A stretch of 61,931 bases of DNA, filler included, from Choristocarpus tenellus KU-1152 (lineage: Eukaryota > Protista > Phaeophyceae): the NCBI GenBank assembly GCA_964200185.2. It is 14 parts of 14 records of this genome, joined end to end, with 100 filler letters (N's around TTAATTAATTAA, not from the genome) between each part and the next. Parts side by side here need not be neighbours in the genome. Positions count along the whole stretch, not along the records: positions 23,394 to 26,894 come from CAXNAD020019608.1; positions 26,995 to 32,220 come from CAXNAD020011437.1; positions 32,321 to 35,055 come from CAXNAD020025204.1; positions 35,156 to 38,487 come from CAXNAD020020746.1; 10 more parts are not named here. One strand, written 5' to 3'. Every line of letters begins with the position of its first letter. Position 1 is the stretch's first letter. Under the pieces are notes generated by a model. It did not search any database, had not been told where the DNA came from, and was given only the letters and a program-made list of their open reading frames with translations. The position numbers and the translations under genes were made by a program. Below are positions 24,345 to 35,751 of the stretch, in pieces.

Positions 24345-26655
24345 CTAATGAAAAGAAAAGAAGAAGAATAGAGATGGTCCAGTTGCAGGAGATCAACACA
24401 GATGATGATGAGTTAGTTTGATCAACTGTGAGATGCTATCATATGCAGGGAGGAATGGGGTAGGATATGGGGTCAGTCTATGTGACTCTTGCCCTCTACT
24501 ACGTGAGTTTGGACATAGCAATAGTAACCCTTACAAGGCCATTGAGGTGGACAACGAGACAATTGTCACAACTCACCCCCAAGTAGGCACTCATCTACAG
24601 CACAGGGGCGAGGGGTGGGAGTGGAGGCAATGATAATAAACATGGGGTACAACAGTAGTGCAGTATGACAACAGTGTACCAGCCCTACATACGAGATAGA
24701 GGTTATAGCCCTTGCCGACCTGCATAAGCTAAGCACAAAACCAAGACAACACTGCAAATCCAATCGAAGAATCTAAATGAAGAACTGAACGAGGAAAATT
24801 TGTATCTCATACTTTGAAGTACTTGAACAAAACAATGGCTTCTTCGTTTTCACTTCAATACCACCAACTCCTGCGCAATACTCCTTGAGACTACTAGTTT
24901 CCTTTCCTCTTTACTGCTCACCACGCCACATTTGTCAAATACTTGGAGTTCAAGAAACTATCCGTGTAGATCCCCAACCAAAGATATGTCTCCGTGCAGG
25001 TCAAGCTTGTTGAGCTCACTGCTAAACACCTCTTCCCCCTAAACAATTGAAAGGGGGAGGGGAAACCATGATCGTACAAAGAGAGAGAGGAATGTGATGA
25101 GGAATCAGTGCCATTGGTTGGGGGGTATCAGGTTGGAGGCTAGTGGTCGAAATACTAGAATGCTCTGCAACAACACATAAGGATCTGCATCCTTTTTTGG
25201 TTCCTGTGTTATCCCTCATTGCCTTGACGGCAACACTCAAGGAGGCATCTAGATTGGGACAGTTTGTTTGACATGGACATGCACATGGCACATACACACA
25301 CACACCAACTCCAGTGATATTGCAATTTCAGACTGAAAGATATTCTGTGCAGTTTTGACTATGATGCATGCAGACTACTGCTATGATGCTGGCCGTTAAG
25401 AATGTCAAGATTTGTGCTGGTCACCTCAACAAGTGAAAGTGAGGGCAAAAACAAGTTGTAGGGTACAATAGTAAAAGTAGTGCTATTTGATGTTGTATAG
25501 AGAAAGAACACGACACTTCCTTGGAGATATATTCGTACATTTGGAGGAAATAGTGTGAGGCAATGTGACTCATTACATTCCACTGGTCACAACACATTAT
25601 ATCTTCAGGGCAAGCAGGAAGTACCATGCATTGACTATGGCTTCAAAGTAGCATGTGTAACATTTTTCAACACTGACACAGACACAGACACATGATAAGC
25701 GCGTGTACACAAGAACAAACACATTTGATTTTATCAGTAATCAGTGCACCCAACCTCCACACACATCATTTCCTCACAAACCATTGCTTTGTTCAAGAGT
25801 GCTAGAGGCACAAGTGCAACCACAGACTAGACCTACATGTATGTAGATGGTCATTTGTGCACATTTATCTATGTCTAATATATGTATGCTGGAGCATGTA
25901 CGCACATATCTGTGACACACCAACTATGTATCACGTCAAAAACCACACCATTGTACTGATTCTATCTCCCGCATGGAAAGCATAAATCGCCAAGACTATT
26001 TCTGCAGGGTACACACCGTCTCCAACAGGAAGATTGCTTCTGACGTTGCGAGCAAGCCCTGCTGCTCAAATTGATCTTTCAATAGTGAGGGATAGAGCAT
26101 TTGAGCGTGATTTTGAGTTTCACGATGCTGGTGCACCAAACGACTATCCACAACCGCCAGGTCCAATGGGTTCACCTGTTTGTAGAGTTCACACGGCAAT
26201 GGTTGAGAATATCTGTGCAAACCCAATTTTTTCCGGACATATGCATCTCTATGCACGAGTTCTACGAATGTGCTTTTGTATTTGTTTGCGTGTTTTGCGG
26301 TCTTCTGCCGCTGACATGGCCACAACCAAGGTGTGTCCACATATATGTACCGCGTTGCCGTCCTCAACTGACTGGAATAACCTACTGCTGAAATCACTCA
26401 AACTCTCTGAAGTCGAGAGGAAAGATTGCAGTGAAGTAGGAAGGAGATATTTTTGGTCAGCAGTATAGTGTGACTATGGAAGAAATCATTGACAGCATTT
26501 TGAGTATACTTTGTACTGTCAAAAATACCCTTCATATCATCATGCTGTCCCACTGGCCTCCCATCATGTGTTTGATGGACACCGCAGATTTTGCCAATTT
26601 TGTCAGCAGCCTGCCCAAAAATGACTGAATGCCTTCCACTACACCCTTAGTGTCT

Positions 26656-26894
26656 GAGAGAGAGTATCTTAGAGGGTACGAGTTTTACCATGTTTCTCCA
26701 TTTGGGGTCTGGCTTCCCATGTTTTTTTTTTGGCATTTTCCTACTCGGGAATGTTTTGGAGTAGGTAAAATATATATGTTATGAAAAGGCATGTCCGGAA
26801 CAAGGATATTGACACTTCCTAACAAACACGATAGCCAAAATTACATCAAAATTTAAACATTGGCTTTTGGCCCCCAAACGGATGTTTCTCTACC
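26656..26894. mobile_element. MITE family A, cut by contig end
   Basis: Colinear with 23900-24136. Confidence 0.9.
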
Positions 26895-27355
26895 NNNNNN
26901 NNNNNNNNNNNNNNNNNNNNNNNNNNNNNNNNNNNNNNTTAATTAATTAANNNNNNNNNNNNNNNNNNNNNNNNNNNNNNNNNNNNNNNNNNNNCCAGTT
27001 CAAAAGAAACAAGTGTATACTCGGATTAGGCCAGACACAACTTAACGGAGACTGCATTGTGTGACCTTATGGACACCTTGAAGGGAGCGTGGATAAATTA
27101 ATCACATTTGTAGAGTGATTGGAACTGGGGAACCATTCATTTTAGGCCATTTCAGAGATATATACTTTATAAATTTTGAAGGTGAGTTGCAGAAAGAGCA
27201 AATGTATATACTCAGACTAGGCCAGGGGCAATCTGATTCTGACGATACTCTGTGACCCTTGGGAATTTTTTCCTATGTTAAACAAGGACATTTGTTGACC
27301 TGTTTTAGGCTAGTTGGAGTTATATGTTTTTTGAAATAAAAGTATATACTCTTAT

Positions 27356-27692
27356 TGTACAATATAGGCTAGGTAGTCTATAGGGTGTTATGTGTTTAGT
27401 GACCAGTACAACAGAAGTATTGCCTGAATGAAGTAAATGTCAAGGACGTTTTCCGTGTGCTTGGTGTAGCAGGGTTCGAATCTCGATGGATTGATTTCGT
27501 ACTTTTGATTAATATAAGTGGCTGACGTAGTGCGACGGACACAGATATATTTTTGACGTGTCTGCTGACGTGCGCAATAGATAATAATATAAGGGAGAGC
27601 ACTCCCCCACCGAGGGCTTTGCTCACTCAGCTAATAACTATATCCATGCCACATAAAGCAAAGACTCTATTGGAATAGCTCTCTTTTGCATA
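27356..27692 (+). repeat. 5' LTR of a Ty1/copia element (337 bp)
   Basis: TGTACAATAT ... TTTTGCATA, homologous to 29593-29933, followed directly by primer site GGTTATGAGCC (27693-27703). Confidence 0.88.
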
Positions 27693-27789
27693 GGTTATGA
27701 GCCTTATTGGTATGTAAGCGGACCCCCGTATGCTGCCACTATGGAGTCGAGCGTGGGGGCATACAAGGGAGAAGTGGGCGGAATGACGG

Positions 27790-29340
27790 ATGGCGTTGGT
27801 GAGCTATGTGGGCAGCACGGGACTGTACCGGATCCTCCAATCAGAATACCGCATTCCTGCACCTCCCACGGCTGATACATCGTTTGGGGAGCGCAGCGCG
27901 TACGAGGAGTACGTCAAGCATCGCGAGGCTTTGTGGTTCCCGCTTAGCCAAGCCACAAGGGGAGCTGCAGCGATGGCGGTCAGCACGCACAAGAATAGCA
28001 GCAGCCCCGACGGGAGGGCAGCCTGGCTTGAATTAGAGCAGATCTATGGGGGCGCGACGCGGTTCAGCGACCCATGCATCTCATAGCTCTAGAGATTAAA
28101 TTGCGCAACATGTACTGCTCGTCGGTGGAGGACACTGCCGACTTCGTAATTCGCCCCGATCATATCTGAACAGAGTATGAACAGCTGGAGGCAGCCAAAG
28201 TAAGATCATGCCAAGAAAGGAGCTCTGATCATCGGCATCAGGGACAGCATGCCGCAGGTATTTGCGCAGATGTGTCCGAGTGGAGGACGAGATATCCCCA
28301 TACAGCTCAACAAAGGATGCACGGAGTACGAGATCCCCGTGCAGCTCAACGGAAGACGCGCGGAGGACTAGATCCCCGTGTAGCTCAACAGAGGACGTGC
28401 GGAGGACGAGATCCCCGTGCAGCTCATCATAAGACCCGATATGAGCTACAGGAAGCTGAAACGGGCAATAGTATCGTCATCGACATGGGATATGGTACAA
28501 CCAATAACGAGCAAGAACTGGAAGTCTAGCAGGAGGAGCAGTTGTCACAACACTTGTCCCTGAAGGGGGGCATGCCCATCGATTGGAGACCCCAAGGTTC
28601 TTGCTTATGGAATGAGAAAAGCAATTGCTGTACCTGCCACTAGGGGAGCAGGACACTAGCAGGAGCAGTAACTAAGCCTCCACCAGAAAGGAAAGGAGGA
28701 GCTAACCTTGGGGAGCCTGGGAACACTCTAGCCGGTGGGACCATAAACTAATGGAAGAGAAAACAGAAGGTCAGCGGAGGAGGCGGCCCAGGTACAACTG
28801 GTCATCGTACGGACCATATTACAACAGGATCCCCTACCAGAGACGAGATCAGGACCAACAGTAGAAGTTTAAACTGTGGACTGATCAAGCGTATTGGTCC
28901 TTGGTTCTTTCGAAGGAATATGCTACAACTATGGAGGTAAAGGAAACCTTCGGATCGTTTGTCACTAGAAGAAAGCGACACCGTCTAAACAGGCGCAGGG
29001 ATTAGCTGGACCAGGGTAGGAGCAAGAAAAGAAAAACAGAGGAAGGTTGTCAGCAAAGGGCTGCCTGCACAAGAATTGTAAGTCTGGGAAGTAAATAATA
29101 TCTACTCCAGACCATCAAGAACCATCTTCCATATCAGAGGCACCCTGGCGAGGAAGATTGCTAGCACAGGACTTCACTCAACAAGAGGATGTACAAGACA
29201 TTCAATTATGATAGGCTTCAAGCCTGGGGGAGTTAGTGCTACGTCACCAAGAGAAACAATGGACAATGGGGGGCTGGTCGGGTATGGAGACTCAGACTGG
29301 GGGCAATGACACTGCATCAAGGCGAGGCAGACATGACTGG
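27790..29340 (+). pseudogene. Decayed, internally deleted copia gag and RNase H remnant
   Basis: ATRGAAAMAV..PDGRAAWLELEQIYGG and LIIRPDMSYRKLKRAI match the gag at 51406-52677; LVGYGDSDWG at 29274 is the copia RNase H start. Confidence 0.8.
28282..28428 (+). repeat. 39-bp tandem repeat (about 3.7 copies) inside gag
   Basis: Unit GGAGGACGAGATCCCCGTGCAGCTCAACGGAAGACGCGC encodes EDEIPVQLNGRRA. Confidence 0.85.
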
Positions 29341-29563
29341 GAGTGAGAGCCAAAACATTGGGCGTGGGGCTCAAGATGCAAAGCGCCCAGCATCCCACCA
29401 GAGTCAAGAAATTCCCCAGGGTGGGACAAAGACAGCGAATGGATAGGATCATAGCACAGATAGCGGCCAAGAGTTTAGCCCCACACTCTGGACGATGGAA
29501 ATCCGTGCATTATGACTTTTGGGGATCCGTTCTCAAAGGAAACGAGGGGATTTGTTGATCATT

Positions 29564-30049
29564 GTTGGAACTGGAGTCCCTATGTTGAAGACTGTGCAAT
29601 ATAGGCTAAGTAGTCTATATCGTTTATGTCTGTTTAGTGACCAGTATTATGCAACAGATGTTTTCACTGAGTGAAGTAAGTGTCAAGGACTTATTTCGGT
29701 GTGCTTAGTGTATCAGGTTCGAATCTCTGTGGATTGATTTCTTATTTTGTTTAATATAAGTGGCTGACGTAGTGCGACTGACACAGACACATATTTTACG
29801 TGTTTGCTGACGTGCGCAATAGATAATAATATAAGGGAGAGCATCCCCCACCGAGGGCTGTGCTCACTCCGCTAACAAATACATCCATACCACATAAAGC
29901 AAAGACTCTATTGGAATAGCTCTCTTTTGCATAGAGACAACTGGCAGAGTTGGAACTGGAGCCCCTATGTTGGAAACAACTGGCAGAGTCGGAACTGGAG
30001 TCCCTATGTTGGAAACAACTGGTAGAGTTGGAACTGACGCCCCTATGTT
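29564..30049. repeat. 39-bp minisatellite interrupted by a solo LTR
   Basis: Unit GTTGGAACTGGAG(T/C)CCCTATGTTGGAAACAACTGGCAGA, about 4 copies; the first is split at 29592. Confidence 0.88.
29593..29933 (+). mobile_element. Solo LTR of the 27356 copia family
   Basis: TGTGCAATAT ... TTTTGCATA flanked by AAGAC/GAGAC (5-bp TSD, 1 mismatch); no PPT in front. Confidence 0.85.
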
Positions 30050-30754
30050 ACCAAAGGGAAATTTTGCATTCCACCGCAGCATGATCTTAAGGTAATGGAA
30101 ATTTATCGTCCAGATAATGATTATTGCCTGTGGGAAGCGTGAAAAAGGTAGTCCCTGTATGGAACATAGGATAGCAGAAGTTGGAACCATGAAGTAGCCC
30201 ACATCAGAACAGATAGTAATTTATATAAGATGTTTTGAATTTTTTTGTCATTTTTTTTTCTTGTATATCAGGTACCTGACCCCCTTTATTCTGTGATTGC
30301 TTTTCCTTTTATTTTATATTATTCTTTCGTTTTATTTTTTATTTTATTTTTTGTGTTTTTTCCATTTTTCCCCCTATACCTTGCTGAACTTTTTTTTCCT
30401 CTTATTGTTTTCTCCTCTTTTATCCGAACAGGTATCTAATCCCCATAATTCCTTTTTTTGTTATCGCTGATGATGATGTTATTGCCTGTTTTATGCACTA
30501 GCAGCCGTCAGTATGCTTCGTGCTTGGGGGTCAAGATAGAGGCAATAATCAGATGATACTTGGCACCTTAGGGTAGCTGTACTTTAGAAAGAGTAAATAT
30601 ATACTTTGATTAGGCTAGATGCAGACAGATTTTTCCAAGTTGATAAGGATATATGTTTTGGGCCTAGTAGGAGGCAGGTTTTTTCTTCTTTCCTTCTCCT
30701 TGCCACAGGATGACCTGAGGTGATTGAAGATATCTATCACCTTCACCGGTGACA

Positions 30755-30934
30755 GGCTCGAAGTATCTGGGGGGGGGGGTAACGGCTGTCCATTTGGGGT
30801 CAATTTCTTTATGTCGTGATTTTTGGGTGATTTGGTTGCATACGTCATTTGGATGATGTAAATGCACTTTTCCTGATTTGGTCCAAATGGACACCCTGGT
30901 GTAGCCACCCCCACCCCCACGGATACTTTGGGTC
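30755..30934. mobile_element. MITE family B, near complete (180 bp)
   Basis: Ends GGCTCGAAGTATCTG(n) ... C-tract GGATACTTTGGGTC. Partial copies or ends at 19376-19453, 23394-23416, 31059-31105, 32020-32151, 32387-32412, 35207-35243 and 41409-41441. Confidence 0.85.
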
Positions 30935-32596
30935 ACAATCGCCTGTGGTAAGCGTGAAACATGTATTGCTAGTTCACGCTGGGGGGCATGTTACAGGCAA
31001 ATAACGCGAGCATATCTTCTTGTATTCTAACAAAGTGCGTGCATTTGTTATACGCGAATGACCCAAGGTATCTGGGTGGGGGGGAGGGGTCTACACCAGG
31101 GTGTCTGAAATAGACTGAGAATCCGTCTATTCCACACAAGAACATCGTTTTTTGATGCGTTGCTCGTTCATTATTGGTGTGGGAAATCATGCCGTCTAAT
31201 AAATTGGTTTATTTTCGTTCTTCTATGAAAACTTGTGTTGTGAAATATGCTCAAGATGTTTGACTCTGGATCACGGATGAAGACATACACACACACATAT
31301 GTATACATTTTTAAGCTCCACGATATATATTACTTAGTGCAAGATCGATGCAGAGCTCCAGAGGTTCGAACAAGGTTTGTTATTGTTGCGACGCGCAGTG
31401 TGTCTTTTTCCTTCTTTCTCCAGTTGGACCTGTCAGAAGCCTTTCAGCCGGCTGAGATCAGATCTCACTCAGATCAGGTAGAATAACAACAAAAACCTGT
31501 CTGAAACCTCTTGTTCATCAATGCTTGCTATTATCTGAGGCCTCTCATGAGATCTTGCACAGTAAGAGCATAGCACCAACAAGTTTTGTGTTTGGTGCTG
31601 CTTTGCCTCTAAGATCACGACGGCAGCAACAGGAGGACCCTGGAACTGCATAAATCATCTACCCAAACCGACTGGGCAACGCACAGTGTTAATATTTTTT
31701 ATACTGTGTTTGCATTCCACCCAATTCTCCTCCTCTGTGTACTACTCGCAAAAAGTGGATCTACAGGATGTCACATACCTTAAACGTACTATCTACCCCC
31801 CAAGTAGTAGTATTATGCACACAGAATTATCAAGATAAATGGTGTAGATTCATGTGTGAACCGAAGACACAAGAATAATAGTATACCAAGCTACTGAGAC
31901 TGAAATAGGCCGCATGAATTAACTCCCAAGCTTTTCACAAGACTACAAAAATATATCTGTAGTGCTCTGTAGCACGAAGTTGCTCCATCGCGCCCTGACC
32001 ATCACTCACTCCCTCTCCGGGCCATAACCAGGAAAAGTGCACTTACATTATCCATTTAACGTATGGAGCCAAATCACCCAAAAATCGCAACATGAAAAAA
32101 TTGGCCACAAATGGACAGCTGCCACCCCCCCCCCCCCAGATACTTTGAGTCCATCACGTACCAACCACCCCCACCTTGCCCAGGAGATGGACCATAGGAC
32201 TTCCATACCGAAACGAAGGGNNNNNNNNNNNNNNNNNNNNNNNNNNNNNNNNNNNNNNNNNNNNTTAATTAATTAANNNNNNNNNNNNNNNNNNNNNNNN
32301 NNNNNNNNNNNNNNNNNNNNAACCACACAACACACCCCCCTTTCGCAACCACAAAAACCACAACAGTGACAACAATCACAACAATGACCCCCCCCCCCCC
32401 AGATACTTTGAGCTACACACCTTTTCATTTTAAGAGTCGAAATTTGCACACATTTACATTTAATTTGAATGTAAAACTCTTTAGCTAGACCAAGGCAGAG
32501 ATGAAGCAACCACTTCATATATTTATATTTTCAGTTGGGAAAAATAAATCGACCCTTCAAAAATAGAAAGAACAATGACAACAATGACAACAACGA

Positions 32597-32755
32597 CAAC
32601 ATTGACCGAGCCAATCAGACAAGAGCAATGTCTGATTTGATGTAAATTAGACAACAACAACAACATTGACCGAGCCAATCAGACAAGAGCAATGTCTGAT
32701 TTGATGTAAATTAGACAACAACCACAACATTGACCGAGCCAATCAGACAAGAGCA
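32597..32755. repeat. 64-bp tandem repeat (2.5 copies) at the start of an RDR intron
   Basis: Copies start at 32597, 32661 and 32725; each full unit contains the hairpin AATCAGACA-n7-TGTCTGATT. Confidence 0.9.
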
Positions 32756-32760
32756 CCAAC

Positions 32761-32898
32761 CTCAATCATGTCCTGATTTGATGTAAATTTTTGCATTGAA
32801 AGTCTGACAGCCATGTCACATCGACTGTGGCACCCACCTCGCCGCATCACCTCACTTGGCCACAGAGTCAACATACCCTTACACCCTCCAACACGCAC
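32761..32898 (-). CDS. Cellular RNA-dependent RNA polymerase (RNAi RdRP) exon
   Basis: cag|VRVGGCKGMLTLWP...DMAVRLSMQKFTSNQDMIE|gt matches the RDR motif Q[IV]RxGGxKG...RxSMxKF. Confidence 0.88.
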
Positions 32899-33334
32899 CT
32901 GAAAAAAAAAAGATCGTAAAAAGAAAATTTTGAAGGAAAAGAGCCGGTGAGAGTTGATGTTGAGAGAATTGCGTAGTGGAAGAATAGTGTAGAGGAACAT
33001 GGAAAAATAAAGGTGACAAGAACAAGAGCAAGACCAGTACCATTGGTCTGTGGCATGGGCTAGATATACCTCTAGGGTTAGGGATGTTGTAAGGTCATGA
33101 GCTCCATACCTTTATATTTTTCAATCTGTTTTCAAAAACATGGTTGAGGTCTCTCCAAGTATCGTCTTCTGACAACACCAAACATTTGAAAAATAAAATG
33201 AATAAATAATAATAATAATAATAACAATAGCAGTAACTTCAGATCATTTCAAATGTTGATGGATTGTCTCTCCCAAGTATTAGAGAGGAGTACTGGAGAG
33301 GACCAAGCAACATCCACTCTATTCCATTTTGGAG

Positions 33335-33495
33335 ACTAGGATTAGGGCTAGACGGTTTACCTCCTAATAATAATAATAATAGCAATAGCAGTAAAAGACT
33401 AGGATTAGGGTTAGACGGTTTACCTCCTAATAATAATAATAATAATAATAGCAATAGCAGTAAAGACTAGGATTAGGGTTAGACGGTTTACCTCC
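33335..33495. repeat. Compound intronic repeat (GACTAGGATTAGGGTTAGACGGTTTACCTCCT + (AAT)n), 3 copies
   Basis: Direct tandem copies. Confidence 0.85.
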
Positions 33496-34119
33496 TTCAG
33501 CATTGATCCAAATAATAATAATAATAATAATAATAACAACAACAATATTACACAATACAAATACACAATACACAATGTAGGTGAACTCAAAAGAGGTGAT
33601 TGCGATAATCGAGAAGGGTACACCTTAAGTACTACATTTTGACAAAAAAATGTGCTCTTCTTCTCCGTGCTTCTATGTCTCTTCCATCTCTATCATTGTC
33701 ACTATTATTACCATTCTCATTATCATTATCATCATCACTATCATTAACCCTATTATTATTATTATCATATGCCAGCAAAAAAATGGTCGACGTTTGTTGT
33801 GGCGAGGTTTTAGGGTTCTATCAACAATAGTTCCGCAATACAATCAACGTAACCAATGAAACTCCATCACTACAACAGCCAATCAGAGCCCCATCATTCC
33901 TTAAAAGACAAAGTGGTTTAAATTGATTTGATTTGATTTGTAGTAAAAAAACAGCAGTGTGGGTGCTATTTCCACATGGGTAGAGAGTATTTTGAACCCT
34001 ACTATCAGTACACTGTTTTTGGGCAAAGCATATCTGAGGTATACCTTTTCTAATCTCTCCTTGCCTCATCAAAATAGCTTTCACTCACAACTATACCTTT
34101 TTTGGACAAATCACTGTAC

Positions 34120-34174
34120 CTGCACCGCACTCAGGTGATCATTCTCACCAAACCCTAAGCTGGTCCCTATCTGC
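34120..34174 (-). CDS. RdRP preceding exon
   Basis: cag|g QIGTSLGFGENDHLSAVQ|gtacag splices in phase to give LSAVQVRVGGCKG (cf. PSAFQIRYGGYKG). Confidence 0.8.
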
Positions 34175-35751
34175 CTGCAAAAACCAGAACATAGGTGAAC
34201 AGGAGGTTAATACCAATAATAATAATAATAATAATAATAACAATAATAACAGTAAAAATCAGTCTGATCCAGTCTTTCTCAAGGATACAAGCACTCGAGG
34301 CATGGCCCATCACTCTATTTCCCATCACTCTATTTCCCTCGAAAACAGATAAACTGACTTCCAGATAACATTTGTACATTAGTTCCAACTATATTTTTGA
34401 GGTGCATTAGAGGGGCTGTCATTATGTACAACTAGGTAGGTAGATAGTTGGCAACCAGTATCAAGCCTCAGTCAACCTGAAGCATGCACATCTCTATAGG
34501 AGACCCTGCCCACAATAATACCTACCCACAGGTACAAGCAGCCCTGCCCGCACCCCTTCAATCCCTTCAACTAACCCTAACCCTAACACCTACCTACCCT
34601 TTCGGTGCGAAACAACTTCAACTTCAACTTCAACTCGAAACCCCTGCAAGAGATTGGTCATTAGTCAATCAAAGGCCAGGTAGTAAGCTTCTCATCATCA
34701 AATAAATAGCACTCATCCAAAAAAGAGATATCTACCCCTAACCCTTGGAATAATTCAGCAGTACACTAAAAGCAATATAGCACAACAAAAGTCACCATCA
34801 ATCAAAATAAAAAAAAACTGGTGGATCTGCTTTCCATCTTTTCATTACATTATAGAGATAATTTTTTTCCCACCTCTGATATACTCTAAAATAAACTGAA
34901 AAATAAATATATATATATCTATATATATATATTGATACATTAGTCGTTTGTCCTACGCACCCCTCCCCCTCCCCCTCCCCTATCGATATATTAGTCGTTT
35001 GTCCTATGCATCCCTCCCCCTCCCCCTCCCCCACACCAAACCTTACAACATCAACNNNNNNNNNNNNNNNNNNNNNNNNNNNNNNNNNNNNNNNNNNNNT
35101 TAATTAATTAANNNNNNNNNNNNNNNNNNNNNNNNNNNNNNNNNNNNNNNNNNNNTTAAAAGACCAAAAAACAAAAGAGTTGGGCCGAAACGGTCGCCCC
35201 CCCAAACACCCCCCCCCCCCCCCCCCCCAGATACTTTGACCCTCATAACCACAAAAGAGAGTCAATTGCCCACAAACCTTCAGGGGTCCAACACCACTCA
35301 GAGCGCATCTAATAGCAAGAGTAGAGATCTGTGCAATCCATAACTGACATTGGCAGCCTAAATCAGTATTACTGCAGGAAGTGCATGGGAGGATAGATCC
35401 AAGAGCTTGAAGCAGTCAACAAAAATCTGAAAATTTAATATAAAGAGGCATTACGAGTGAGAGGACACACCAATTCCCTCACTACAAATAGATGCCAAAC
35501 AAACATGATGGACAACAGAACACAGGTAATGTGTTCCAATCTTTTTTTTCTATGAAACATACTGAAACTGGCGTTCAGAAGTGCTTCAAAGTGCACCAAA
35601 AGACTACTCATTAAAGAAACTATTTTACAGGAGCAGATAGTAGTCCCAACACACACACCCCACCCTGCCCCCCCTTGATGATAAGGAGATGGGAGCCTAA
35701 TAAGGAGTCTTTCCTTGCATCTATCTGAAGGTGTAATCTTTGGAGAGTCTA

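Noticed and set aside
25996-26468. Overlapping 96-144 aa ORFs, and the 85-aa ORF at 12962-13219
   Set aside because: No recognisable motif or convincing splice structure in any frame.
32597-32755. Hairpin-containing direct repeats as a possible CRISPR array (also 29564-30049, 28282-28428, 58548-58661)
   Set aside because: Units are contiguous with no unique spacers, there are no cas genes and the context is eukaryotic.
33105-33163. Exon-like segment (E)DDTWRDLNHVFENRLKKYK on the minus strand inside the RdRP intron
   Set aside because: It has splice-like ends, but including it would break the contiguous SAVQ-VRVGGCKG motif and the reading phase.
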